This document shows positions 1-8,843 of a stretch of DNA of 56,840 bases, piece by piece. Numbering within the stretch: position 1 is the stretch's first letter; each line of letters begins with the position of its first letter. The notes beneath the pieces are model-generated. The model searched no databases and was not told the DNA's origin. It saw nothing but the letters and a program-made list of their open reading frames with translations. Origin of the DNA: an uncultured Clostridium sp. Lineage in GTDB: Bacteria > Bacillota > Clostridia > TANB77 > CAG-508. The translations under genes and the position numbers were made by a program. The stretch covers positions 1 through 56,840 of the forward strand of contig USQY01000003.1 in NCBI GenBank assembly GCA_900557045.1. The letters are read 5' to 3'.

Positions 1-36
1 AATCAAAATTTGGGACATTTTCACTTACAAGTCACA
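1..36 (-). repeat. Copy 1 of the TGTGAC repeat, truncated by the window edge
   Basis: The reverse complement of 1..36 reads TGTGACTTGTAAGTGAAAATGTCCCAAATTTTGATT. This matches 52922.. and 56786.. almost base for base. Confidence 0.8.
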
Positions 37-64
37 GCTTTTTAAAGTTTTTAAAATATACCTA

Positions 65-93
65 TTGACTTTTTTATTCTTTTTTGTTATTAT
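65..93 (+). promoter_or_regulatory. Candidate sigma-A promoter for the tRNA pair
   Basis: TTGACT at 65..70, a 17-nt spacer, then TATTAT at 88..93. The site lies ~20 nt upstream of tRNA-Gly. Confidence 0.45.
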
Positions 94-111
94 AACTATT
101 GTTACAGTCAC

Positions 112-187
112 GCGGGAATAGCTCAGTTGATAGAGCGCTGCCTTGCCAAGGCAGAGGTCGCGGGTTTGAGCCCCGTTTCCCGCTCCA
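112..187 (+). tRNA. tRNA-Gly (anticodon GCC), encoded CCA
   Basis: Acceptor stem GCGGGAA/TTCCCGC. Anticodon arm CTGCC-TTGCCAA-GGCAG. T-arm GCGGG-TTTGAGC-CCCGT. The 3' end is T-CCA. Confidence 0.93.
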
Positions 188-251
188 AATTTTTTTACTA
201 AAATTTGGTACTAAATTTATAATTAAAACATATATTAAAATATAACTATAT

Positions 252-325
252 GGCGACATAGCCAAGCGGTAAGGCACGAGTCTGCAAAACTCTGATCCCC
301 GGTTCAAATCCGGGTGTCGCCTCCA
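252..325 (+). tRNA. tRNA-Cys (anticodon GCA), encoded CCA
   Basis: Acceptor stem GGCGACA/TGTCGCC. The anticodon loop is CTGCAAA. The T-arm has CCGGTTCAAATCCGG. The 3' end is T-CCA. Confidence 0.92.
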
Positions 326-331
326 TATAAA

Positions 332-370
332 ATAACGATTGTTTTATTAGCAATCGTTATTTACTTTTTT
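332..370 (+). terminator. Rho-independent terminator after the tRNA pair
   Basis: Perfect 10-bp stem ATAACGATTG/CAATCGTTAT with a 9-nt loop, followed by TTACTTTTTT. Confidence 0.8.
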
Positions 371-528
371 AATAATTTATGCTATACTTTGAAGTACACT
401 TTAGCAAAAAAATAATATAATATATCAAATATAAAATTATTACCAAATTTACCAAAAATTATGCATTTATTTGTTGTATAATTTGATGTATAATAATATT
501 AGTATAACTTTAGGTTAGGGGTGTTACA

Positions 529-1152
529 ATGAAATTTGAAAAACTTAATGAAAATAAAATAAGAATAACTTTAAATAATCAAGATTTAGCTGAAAAGCAC
601 ATAGATTTTCAGTCATTTATGTCTAATTCACAAGAATCACAAAATCTTTTTCTTGACATGTTAGATGAAGCTGAAAAAAAAGTAGGATTTATTACTAAAG
701 ATTACAAAATTAGAATAGAAGCTTTAGCAATGTCTGATGGCAATTTCATTTTAACAATTACAAGATTTGGGAAAAATATAGATAGTGATTTTAAAACATC
801 TAAAATGAAGAAAGTAAAAATAAAGCGAAAAAATTTAGATATGAAATCAAAACAAATAATTTATACATTTAATTCTTTTGATGATTTCTGCAATTTTTCT
901 AATTTTATCTCTAAAATAGATAATTTTTCTAATCTTGCTAAAAGTATGGTTTTATATTTATATAATGATATTTATTATTTATGTATCTCAAATATAAATA
1001 TTGAAAACTCTAATATAAAACAACTATATACTCTAATTACAGAGTTTGGTACATATGTTGATAATTCAGAAGTTTTCAGTAGAAAGCTTAATGAATGTGG
1101 AAAAATAATTATGAAAAATAATGCAGTAAAAACTTGTATTAAATATTTTTAA
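529..1152 (+). CDS. mecA: Adaptor protein MecA
   Basis: N-terminal MKFEKLNENKIRITL, LYLYNDIYYL and C-terminal LNECGKIIMKNNAVKTCIKYF line up with B. subtilis MecA blocks MEIERINEHTVKFYM, LYSFENRYYLY and LEEYGKLIISEHALETIKKHF. An AGGGGTG ribosome-binding site precedes the start. Confidence 0.75.
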   Translation: MKFEKLNENKIRITLNNQDLAEKHIDFQSFMSNSQESQNLFLDMLDEAEKKVGFITKDYKIRIEALAMSDGNFILTITRFGKNIDSDFKTSKMKKVKIKRKNLDMKSKQIIYTFNSFDDFCNFSNFISKIDNFSNLAKSMVLYLYNDIYYLCISNINIENSNIKQLYTLITEFGTYVDNSEVFSRKLNECGKIIMKNNAVKTCIKYF

Positions 1153-1160
1153 ATTACAAA

Positions 1161-1199
1161 AATAGCAAATTATTTAGTATAATTTGCTATTTTTATTTT
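1161..1199. terminator. Bidirectional terminator between convergent mecA and the M23 peptidase gene
   Basis: Perfect 12-bp stem AATAGCAAATTA/TAATTTGCTATT with A/T runs on both sides. Confidence 0.75.
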
Positions 1200-1200
1200 A

Positions 1201-2214
1201 TTAATATAAATAATTTTGTGGATTATGCGCTGTTCCATTTATTCTTACCTCTAAGTGTAAATGATTACCTGTAGAATTTCCTGTGCTTCCTACAGCTGCT
1301 ATAGTTTGCCCTTGTGAAACTGATTGTCCAGCTCCAACATATAACCTACTACAATGTGCATAATATGTTTGAACTCCATTTCCATGAGATACAATCAATA
1401 AATTTCCATAACTATAATGATATCCAGCATATGTAACTGTTCCCCCTGCTGCTGCTTTTATAGGTGTTCCATTCGGACATGCAATATCTAATCCTGTATG
1501 ATAATAAGACCCTCTATTTCCAAATCTACATGATATAGTTCCATTTACAGGTCGTATTAAAGATATGCCTAAATTAACTTTCTGTGTTGTATTACTAACA
1601 TTTTTAGATGACCCTACTGAACCATTACCTGATGATCCATATGTTACTCTTCTAACAACAACTGGTTTTTTTTCATATAATTCAGATACACAAGTTTCTA
1701 CATTTGCAAATTCTACCAAATTAGTATCATATTTTTCAGTAATACTTATTTTATTTATATTATTACTATTTTTTTCTTTTAATTGATTAACTACACTTTC
1801 TGCTTCCTGATAAGTTGATAATTTATATTTTTCTTGTCCATCCAATAAAATAATAAAATATTTATAATATGATACCCCTGTATCTACTATTTTGCTATAT
1901 ATTTCATCATCATTAGTTTGTACATCTCTTTTTAATAAGCATATTTCATATTTAGGCATACTTTCAATTTGAACAAACGCAATATTAGTATCACCATTTC
2001 CATTTGTTATGTACTCATTTATTTTAGATTGTAATTGACCTTTACTATTAACATAACCTAAGAATTCACCATTATAATTAACTGCATAAGTTGGTTTATA
2101 AAATATTAAAATAGTACTTAATACTATAAACATTGCTATGCTTAATAATATAATGATTTTCATCCAATTGCGAAAATGTATTATTCCTTTCTTTACCGTA
2201 CTAATATAAAACAC
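1201..2214 (-). CDS. Membrane-anchored M23 (LytM-type) metallopeptidase
   Basis: N-terminal TM helix. HxxxD motif in YHTGLDIA and HxH motif in GNHLHLEV within a typical C-terminal M23 domain. Confidence 0.85.
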   Translation of the reverse strand: MFYISTVKKGIIHFRNWMKIIILLSIAMFIVLSTILIFYKPTYAVNYNGEFLGYVNSKGQLQSKINEYITNGNGDTNIAFVQIESMPKYEICLLKRDVQTNDDEIYSKIVDTGVSYYKYFIILLDGQEKYKLSTYQEAESVVNQLKEKNSNNINKISITEKYDTNLVEFANVETCVSELYEKKPVVVRRVTYGSSGNGSVGSSKNVSNTTQKVNLGISLIRPVNGTISCRFGNRGSYYHTGLDIACPNGTPIKAAAGGTVTYAGYHYSYGNLLIVSHGNGVQTYYAHCSRLYVGAGQSVSQGQTIAAVGSTGNSTGNHLHLEVRINGTAHNPQNYLY

Positions 2215-2357
2215 TCTCCTCTCAACCTTAGTAGTATCATTTTATATTATAATTTTACAAATTCACCTTCTAAGCTTTTACTATTTTACTACTTTTTTCT
2301 ACATAAATCAACACCTCAATTTATTTTTTGTACCCATCTTATTGTTATTCGCAATTG

Positions 2358-2402
2358 AAAATACGCCCCTACTGTACAAACCGCACAGCAAAGGCGTATT
2401 TT
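2358..2402 (-). terminator. Terminator downstream of the CotF-like pair
   Basis: Stem AAAATACGCC/GGCGTATTTT with an inner stem CTGT/ACAG. A T-run follows on the minus strand. Confidence 0.6.
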
Positions 2403-2412
2403 TAATTATACA

Positions 2413-2655
2413 TTATTGTAACTCATTTTTCACAGTTTGAATTTCAGTAACTGTAGCAGGTTGAGCTGGTTTGTAATACCCTTTAGTTTGAGCTATCTTA
2501 AATAACTCATATTGAAAACTTTCATCATTATTTCTTATTTGTTGAACTGTTTGTCTTAATTGCATATTTTCTGCTTCAGAAATAACACCTTGATATGTTG
2601 TAAGTTCAGCTTTAACACCGTTTAGTATATCATTCACCATTGTTTTTTCATCCAT
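2413..2655 (-). CDS. Spore coat protein, CotF (Coat_F) family
   Basis: 80 aa. ILNGVKAELTTYQGVISEAENMQLRQTVQQI...FQYELFKIAQTKGYY matches the Coat_F helical pattern. Confidence 0.65.
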   Translation of the reverse strand: MDEKTMVNDILNGVKAELTTYQGVISEAENMQLRQTVQQIRNNDESFQYELFKIAQTKGYYKPAQPATVTEIQTVKNELQ

Positions 2656-2678
2656 AATAAAATCCTCCTAATAAATAA

Positions 2679-2867
2679 TTAATTATTCAAAAATGTCATT
2701 AATTTTTGTTTAGTATTTAATGCATCTTGTGCAGATTTTGTAAATATTTGTTTTATTTGTGGATCCACTGCTTGTGAAGCATATGTGTTTAATTTTTGAT
2801 ATGATGTTTCATGCGCACCTATCAAATGTCTCAAATTTTGAAGCTCAACTTGTGATAAATTAGTCAT
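2679..2867 (-). CDS. Small helical protein co-oriented with cotF-like gene, likely a spore-coat partner
   Basis: I moved the start to the second ATG (MTNLSQ), which gives a 9-nt spacing from the AAAGGA ribosome-binding site. It lies 23 bp upstream of the CotF-like gene. Family assignment is uncertain. Confidence 0.45.
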   Translation of the reverse strand: MTNLSQVELQNLRHLIGAHETSYQKLNTYASQAVDPQIKQIFTKSAQDALNTKQKLMTFLNN

Positions 2868-2980
2868 TACTATCATTCCTTTCCTTTTTTATTTATATAT
2901 TAATTATTTACTATATTTTAATTTTTATACAAATGTAAACGCAGTTTTTTTATGCTTTTATGCAATATACACATAATGCA

Positions 2981-3017
2981 CAGTTTTTTGCAATTTTTTT
3001 GCAATTTTTTTGCAAAA
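2981..3017. repeat. Three phased ~11-bp repeats (TTTTTTTGCAA)
   Basis: The sequence reads cagTTTTTTGCAATTTTTTTGCAATTTTTTTGCAAaatttt. It sits ~100-140 bp upstream of the coat-protein pair. Confidence 0.7.
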
Positions 3018-3128
3018 TTTTACACTCTTTTTAGATAAAAAACTTAGCAAACACAACAAAATTTAGAATAAAAAAATCCCAGTAGAAATCAAATTATTTT
3101 CAAAAATTTCATTTATACTGGAACGTTA

Positions 3129-5480
3129 TTATATAATTTCCAATCCTGCATATTTAGCCATTAATCTCTTATTTCCAGACTTATCAAAACTGATATCAAC
3201 TTTCATATCATCACCTTCTGGCTCAACTTTATTAATTGTACCTTCTCCAAATTTTTTGTGATATACTCTTTGTCCTGCTTCATATTTAGTTACATCTACA
3301 TTATTTGATTTATTATTAATGGATTTTAAGAAACTTTCTGCTGTTCTGAAAGCATATGAATTATTGCTTTCAGAAATTCTTCCAGTTGTTGAAGAATTAC
3401 CATTAAATGTATTTCCTATTCCTTTTGCCCCTGCACCTACAGGTACTTTATATGAATCAACATTATAAGTTTTAACTTTAGACTCACTTTTTCCAAATCC
3501 ATATTCCCACTTATAACTACTATCATTAAACTCTTGTTTTTTAGGAGATATTGTCTCTTCATAACCTTCTAATAGTTCTTCTGGAATTTCTTTAACAAAT
3601 CTCGAAATTGGATTATAACTTGTTGAACCAAATATAGTTCTTCTTTTTGCGCAAGTTAAAAACAAGAATCTTTTAGCTCTTGTTATTCCAACATAAAACA
3701 AACGTCTTTCCTCTTCCAATTCTTGTGGTTCTCCTATTGATTTATATCCTGGGAATATTCCTTCTTCCATTCCAACTAAAAATACAGTTTCAAACTCTAA
3801 ACCTTTCGCACTATGTAAAGTCATTAATATTACACAATCTTCCTCATCTTGCATATTATCTATGTCTGCTGTTAATGTCATATTTTCCAAGAATTCTGCT
3901 AAAGTATTATCAGCTGATTCTTCCTCAAACTCCATTGCAACTGTTAAAAACTCGTCCAAGTTCTGAATTCTACTTTCCGCTTCTATAGTATTTTCATCTT
4001 TCAAAGCTTTAGTGTAACCAGTTTTACTTAAAGTTTCTTTTACTAATTCTGAAATTAACATTTTATCTTGTCTAGCGCGTAAATCTTCAATTGTTTCAAT
4101 AAATTCTCTTGAGTTTATATACACTCTATTTAATCCAAATTGCTCAGCATGCTTAATTATTTCATACATAGAAGTTCCTGTTTTTTCAGAAATTTCTTGA
4201 ATAGAATCTAAACTTGTTTTACCTATTCCACGTTTAGGTTCATTAATAATTCTTCTTAAAGCTAAATTATCTGATGTATTATATATTAATCTTAAATATG
4301 AAATAACATCTTTTATTTCTTTTCTTTCATAGAATTTTTGACCTCCTATAATTTTATATGGAATTTTTTCTCTTCTTAAAATATCTTCTATTGCTCTTGA
4401 TTGAGAATTCATTCTATATAAAATGGCAAAATCTGAGTATTTATAATATTGTTCTCTTCTTAATTCATTAATTTTGCTAACTATATAATTGCTTTCATTA
4501 TATTCATCATCGCCAAGATAAATTGATGGAAGATTACCTTCATCATTTTGTGTCCATAATTTTTTGTCATATTTTACTTGATTGTTTTTTATAACAGCAT
4601 TTGCTGCTTTTAAGATATTTCCTGTACATCTATAATTTTGTTCTAATTTGATTATTTTCGTACCTAGAAAATCTTTTTCAAAATTCAATATATTTGATAT
4701 ATCTGCTCCTCTAAATGAATATATTCCTTGGTCATTATCACCTACAACAGTAATATTTCCATGTCTTGAAGCTAAAATTGATATAAGCATAAATTGTGCT
4801 TTGTTTGTATCTTGATACTCGTCTACTAATACATATTGGAATTTATCTGTATAATATTCTAATACATCTAGATTTTCTGTTAATATTTTTATAGTATAAT
4901 TTATTATATCATCAAAATCTACTGCATTGTTTTCTTTTAAACGTCTTTGATATAGTTCATATATTTGTGCTATTATTTCTTTTCTATAATCACCTTCGTA
5001 TTTTGTACTATATGCTTTTGGTTCTAACATTTCATTTTTTCCATTACTTATTTCAGATAAAACTGCTCTATCTGTGAATAATTTGTCATCTATTTTTAAT
5101 TGTTTTAGGCATTCTTTTATTAAAGTTTTTTGATCTGAGGTATCAAAGATTATAAAAGAATTATCGAAACCTATTCTGTCTATATATTTTCTTAGTATTC
5201 TAACACATATAGAGTGGAATGTTCCAATCCACATGTCATTTACAGCATCTCCAACTAAAGATTCTATTCTTTGTTTCATTTCATTAGCTGCTTTGTTGGT
5301 GAAAGTTATTGCTAATATGTTCCATGGTTTTATGTATTTTTCTGCCATTAGATAGGCTATTTTATGTGTTAATACTTTTGTTTTTCCGCTGCCAGCACCT
5401 GCTATTATTAAGCATGGACCTTCTGTTTGAAGTACAGCTTCTTGTTGTTTGTTGTTTAAATCTTGTATTAAGTTTTGCAT
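3129..5480 (-). CDS. pcrA: ATP-dependent DNA helicase PcrA (UvrD family)
   Basis: Walker A AGAGSGKTKVLTHKIAYL, VDEYQDTN, and LEQNYRCTGNIL. The C-terminal tail is HKKFGEGTINKV...KRLMAKYAGLEII. Length is 783 aa. Confidence 0.92.
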   Translation of the reverse strand: MQNLIQDLNNKQQEAVLQTEGPCLIIAGAGSGKTKVLTHKIAYLMAEKYIKPWNILAITFTNKAANEMKQRIESLVGDAVNDMWIGTFHSICVRILRKYIDRIGFDNSFIIFDTSDQKTLIKECLKQLKIDDKLFTDRAVLSEISNGKNEMLEPKAYSTKYEGDYRKEIIAQIYELYQRRLKENNAVDFDDIINYTIKILTENLDVLEYYTDKFQYVLVDEYQDTNKAQFMLISILASRHGNITVVGDNDQGIYSFRGADISNILNFEKDFLGTKIIKLEQNYRCTGNILKAANAVIKNNQVKYDKKLWTQNDEGNLPSIYLGDDEYNESNYIVSKINELRREQYYKYSDFAILYRMNSQSRAIEDILRREKIPYKIIGGQKFYERKEIKDVISYLRLIYNTSDNLALRRIINEPKRGIGKTSLDSIQEISEKTGTSMYEIIKHAEQFGLNRVYINSREFIETIEDLRARQDKMLISELVKETLSKTGYTKALKDENTIEAESRIQNLDEFLTVAMEFEEESADNTLAEFLENMTLTADIDNMQDEEDCVILMTLHSAKGLEFETVFLVGMEEGIFPGYKSIGEPQELEEERRLFYVGITRAKRFLFLTCAKRRTIFGSTSYNPISRFVKEIPEELLEGYEETISPKKQEFNDSSYKWEYGFGKSESKVKTYNVDSYKVPVGAGAKGIGNTFNGNSSTTGRISESNNSYAFRTAESFLKSINNKSNNVDVTKYEAGQRVYHKKFGEGTINKVEPEGDDMKVDISFDKSGNKRLMAKYAGLEII

Positions 5481-5628
5481 GTGTTTTCTCCTTGTATTGT
5501 GTGAATTTGGGAAAATTATTTTTAATTTTTACCATGGTTATAGTATAGCATAGGATTGGGGAAAATACTACTTATTTTAGGTATTTTTTTGAAAATGGTT
5601 TGGAGTAAGAGAAAGGGGGTGTTGCTTT

Positions 5629-5901
5629 GGTTAGAAGTTGAGCGTTGGGAGTAAAAAATTTATTAGTTGGGTTAGAAGTTGAGTGCGAAGAGAAAAAATT
5701 TGTTAGCTTGGTTAGAAGTTGAGCACCGAGAGAAAAAATTTGTTACTTTAAAAAAAACAAACCTCCTTCAAACGCGGTATGATGCGTGCTGGGTTGAGTG
5801 AACTTGTTACGATAATGACTGGAGTTGAATGTTGAAGGGCTCAGGTCGGAGGTTTGTTTTTTCAAAAGTAAAAATTTCTTTCTCCGAGGGAGGTTGGTGG
5901 T
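5629..5901 (+). repeat. Composite palindromic element, copy A
   Basis: Three tandem ~40-bp units (GGTTAGAAGTTGAG...GAGAAAAAATTTGTTA). These are followed by a 15-bp-stem hairpin (AAAAAACAAACCTCC...GGAGGTTTGTTTTTT, 5750..5862) around an ~80-nt core, then one inverted unit. About 85% identical by eye to the reverse complement of 27076..27297. Confidence 0.85.
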
Positions 5902-6025
5902 GTTTTATATGTTTTTTTTGTAATAAAATTTTTAGAGGTCTGAGGAGGCTTTTGGTAAAAAGATTTTTTTAGGGTATTTTTTCTTTGCTTGTTTTGGTAG
6001 CTTGTTTGGTGGAACGCTTTTTATA

Positions 6026-7240
6026 TTAATTTAGGCTTTGAGCAAATATTTTAAAGTAGTCCAATATGTCTTTCTTTTGGATGGTGTTTTTATTTTTTAT
6101 TTCTATTACATCTACTGTTTTTTCGTCTAAATTAAGTTTTATAGTTCCTATAATCGTATTTTGTTGTAGTGGTGCTTCGAAATAAAATATGTTATTTACT
6201 TCTATTTGTATTTTGTCTTTATCTGTTTTCTTTATTGGAATTACATCATTATCTAAATTGTCTATGTATAATTCTAGGTTATTGTTTTTGCATTTATTTA
6301 TTTGTATTCTACTTGTGTTAATCGAACACCATCTTTTAAATTGTTCATCAACAATTTCTTTTATATTTACAGGTTCATAATTTTTGTATATGTATTCTAT
6401 TAATTTAATACTGTCTGCTGTTCTGAATTTTTTAGTGTCAGCTTGAAGTATAACTGTTATAATTTCAAATCCATTTCTGTTTACTGATGTAACTAGGCAT
6501 CTTCCTGCATTGTTTGTAAATCCAGTTTTTACCCCATTTACACCTTCTAGATATCCTAATAACTCATTAGTGTTTGAAATTGATTTTGGATATCCATTTA
6601 TTGTTACTGTATAATTTTTAGTATTTACTATTTTAGCAAATGTTTCGTTTTGTAAAGCATAATCTGCAAGTTTGGCAAGTTCTACTGCTGTTGTATAATG
6701 TTCTGGATCGTCTAACCCATGTGGTGTAACATAATGTGTATTTTCTAATTTTAATTCCTTTGCTTTCTCATTCATTAATTCTGCAAAGCCTTCTACACTC
6801 CCCCCCACTGTTTCTGCTATTGCAACAGCAGCATCATTACCTGATTTTAGCATTAACCCATATAACAAATCATTCATTGTTATTTTATCATCTGATTTTA
6901 ACCCTAATCTTGAACCACCTGTACCTGCTGATTTTTTAGATATCGTTACTGTTTGAGTTAAATCACAATTTTCCAAAGTTACAATTGCTGTCATTATTTT
7001 TGTAGTAGATGCCATAGCAGTTCTTTTGTTTTCATCTTTTCCCCATATTACTTCTCCAGATTTTCTATCATATGCAACTGCTATTCTTGAATTTAATGTT
7101 GGTTCATCTTTAGTTTGGTTTATTACTTGAACATAGTCTTCTTGTGTTATTTCTTCGTTTTCGTCATCTGCAAAGACAATTGTAAAATTCATAATTAGTA
7201 TAATTGTTACACTCATGAAAAATATTACTTTTTTTATCAT
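6026..7240 (-). CDS. D-alanyl-D-alanine carboxypeptidase (S11, low-molecular-weight PBP)
   Basis: Signal/TM N-terminus. SxxK in MASTTKIM, SGN in LKSGND, and KTG in GVKTGFT. Confidence 0.88.
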   Translation of the reverse strand: MIKKVIFFMSVTIILIMNFTIVFADDENEEITQEDYVQVINQTKDEPTLNSRIAVAYDRKSGEVIWGKDENKRTAMASTTKIMTAIVTLENCDLTQTVTISKKSAGTGGSRLGLKSDDKITMNDLLYGLMLKSGNDAAVAIAETVGGSVEGFAELMNEKAKELKLENTHYVTPHGLDDPEHYTTAVELAKLADYALQNETFAKIVNTKNYTVTINGYPKSISNTNELLGYLEGVNGVKTGFTNNAGRCLVTSVNRNGFEIITVILQADTKKFRTADSIKLIEYIYKNYEPVNIKEIVDEQFKRWCSINTSRIQINKCKNNNLELYIDNLDNDVIPIKKTDKDKIQIEVNNIFYFEAPLQQNTIIGTIKLNLDEKTVDVIEIKNKNTIQKKDILDYFKIFAQSLN

Positions 7241-7300
7241 TTATATCACCTATTACAATATATATTGTAATAATTATTTTTATTCATTTTTTAGAAATAT

Positions 7301-7339
7301 AATAAACACACTTTTATTTATTATAAAAGTGTGTTTATT
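7301..7339. terminator. Hairpin terminator downstream of the small membrane-protein pair
   Basis: Perfect 16-bp stem AATAAACACACTTTTA/TAAAAGTGTGTTTATT with a 7-nt loop. Confidence 0.7.
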
Positions 7340-7345
7340 ATATAT

Positions 7346-7732
7346 TTATTCTAAAAAATTATCGTTTATTTTATTTAAACCTGATTTTTGTGTTAAGTCA
7401 TATATTATATCAATAAATGTTGTAACTGAAAATAGTAATATAGCGCCTATCACAAACATAATTATTTGTTTTTTTATTTCAGCTTTTCCTTCTGGTGAAA
7501 CTGTTACATATTTTATTCCATTAATTATAACAGCACCTACAGAAATTGCAACACCTACATATTTTATTATACCTAATATAACTTTTGTTGGTGCAACTAA
7601 CGGATTATTATTACTGGAAGTTATCGGATTATATATTTCGTTTAAATCTTGCGCACATATACAATAATAGTTTGAAATCACTAAAATTAGAACTATAACT
7701 ATATATACTATTATAATACATTTATTCTTCAT
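7346..7732 (-). CDS. Small secreted/membrane protein, paralog 1 (pilin-like topology)
   Basis: Signal-like N-terminus, then two C-terminal TM helices flanking GIKYVTVSPEGKAEIKKQ. Paralogous to 7767..8129. Confidence 0.7.
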   Translation of the reverse strand: MKNKCIIIVYIVIVLILVISNYYCICAQDLNEIYNPITSSNNNPLVAPTKVILGIIKYVGVAISVGAVIINGIKYVTVSPEGKAEIKKQIIMFVIGAILLFSVTTFIDIIYDLTQKSGLNKINDNFLE

Positions 7733-7766
7733 ATTACTTTCCTTTCATTTTATCAGGCTATCAACT

Positions 7767-8129
7767 TTAGAATTTAAGTGTTGTTTCTAATATACCTACT
7801 ACTGTTGTGGCAGCAACTATAAATACAAATCCCAATACATATACACCTAATTGTCCTTTTAGATTAGCTTTTCCTTCTGGAGCTGATGTTACATATTTTA
7901 TTCCTAAGAATATTAGCATTCCTACCGCTATAGCAACACCAATCCATTTTAATGCACCTAAAACTGTTTTTATAACACTATTTGCTGAAGAACCAGCTAT
8001 TGCTGTTGTGTCAGGTTCAAAATTGCCAGCAATTCCATCAGCGGCAAATACTGTGCTTCCTATTGACATTAATAACACTATAGCTAATATAACTATACTT
8101 ATAACTTTCATACTTTTTTTATTTAACAT
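7767..8129 (-). CDS. Small secreted/membrane protein, paralog 2 (pilin-like topology)
   Basis: Signal peptide ending VFAADG, then LKWIGVAIAVGMLIFLGIKYVTSAPEGKANLKGQ and a second TM helix. Confidence 0.7.
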   Translation of the reverse strand: MLNKKSMKVISIVILAIVLLMSIGSTVFAADGIAGNFEPDTTAIAGSSANSVIKTVLGALKWIGVAIAVGMLIFLGIKYVTSAPEGKANLKGQLGVYVLGFVFIVAATTVVGILETTLKF

Positions 8130-8289
8130 TTTAATTTCCTCCTTTTATTTTAATAATTACATGCTATATTATTATCATACCTCTTTTTTACAAAAAAGTC
8201 AAATTTTTTATTACAGAATTTTTTCGTTTGTGCCTATTTTTAAAAATTAACGCCAAAAAACTTAACATAAAACACAAAAGAGATGAACA

Positions 8290-8631
8290 TTATGTCCATC
8301 CCTCTAGGTCTTTGATAGCATCATTCAATTCTTTGAAGTTGAATAACACTTCTGGTTTTCGCTCAAATAAGCGAATTTCATCATGTTCATGTAAATGCTT
8401 AGTAATTTTTTTTGAGTTTTCTAACAAAAGTTTTTTAGCCTTTTCCGTTATAAAAATTTTTTTCCTTAAATTTGCCATTTTCAAGTCCTGAATATGAATA
8501 ATATTCATATTACGGTATTGGCCGAGTTCATTTGCATAATATACCATTACTTGACAGGAAGATAATTCATCTATATAAGTACCTTCCTCTGTAGGCTCGA
8601 TTGGTATTTTTTTAATAACTTCGCATTTCAT
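8290..8631 (-). CDS. Hypothetical protein
   Basis: 113-aa ORF with no family I recognise. The plus-strand ORF 8228..8491 overlapping it looks like an antisense shadow. Confidence 0.5.
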   Translation of the reverse strand: MKCEVIKKIPIEPTEEGTYIDELSSCQVMVYYANELGQYRNMNIIHIQDLKMANLRKKIFITEKAKKLLLENSKKITKHLHEHDEIRLFERKPEVLFNFKELNDAIKDLEGWT

Positions 8632-8843
8632 AAAAAAGTAAAACCTCCTATTGTTGTTTTTATAAGTTATATTATACTATTGGTATACATAATTTGTCAA
8701 TCTCTATTTATAAAACTTTGCATTTTATTATAATTATTACTATCATTTTTACAACTTGCATTTACTTTAAAAAATAGTGTTTAATTTTTTATTTATATTT
8801 TTTCAACAATTCGTTCATAGCAACACATTTAAATTAACACAAC

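Noticed and set aside
1565-5548. Assorted plus-strand ORFs inside the M23 peptidase and pcrA genes (1565..1786, 2176..2358, 3680..3988, 5309..5548), and similar shadows inside gatA, gatB, hslO, aspS, adhE, addB, the giant gene and the ABC genes
   Set aside because: All lie antisense to, or overlap the ends of, well-supported genes. Their Leu/Phe/Ile-rich translations are typical of AT-rich antisense frames.
5629-5750. Three ~40-bp tandem repeats that could be mistaken for a small CRISPR array
   Set aside because: The units are contiguous with no unique spacers between them. They diverge internally, and they form part of a larger palindromic element that recurs at 27.1 kb. There are no cas genes in the window.
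7215-8250. Plus-strand ORFs 7215..7667 and 7807..8250
   Set aside because: They overlap the two minus-strand mini-protein genes. The minus-strand genes have signal peptides, conserved paralogous blocks and a shared terminator, whereas the plus-strand translations lack coherent features.
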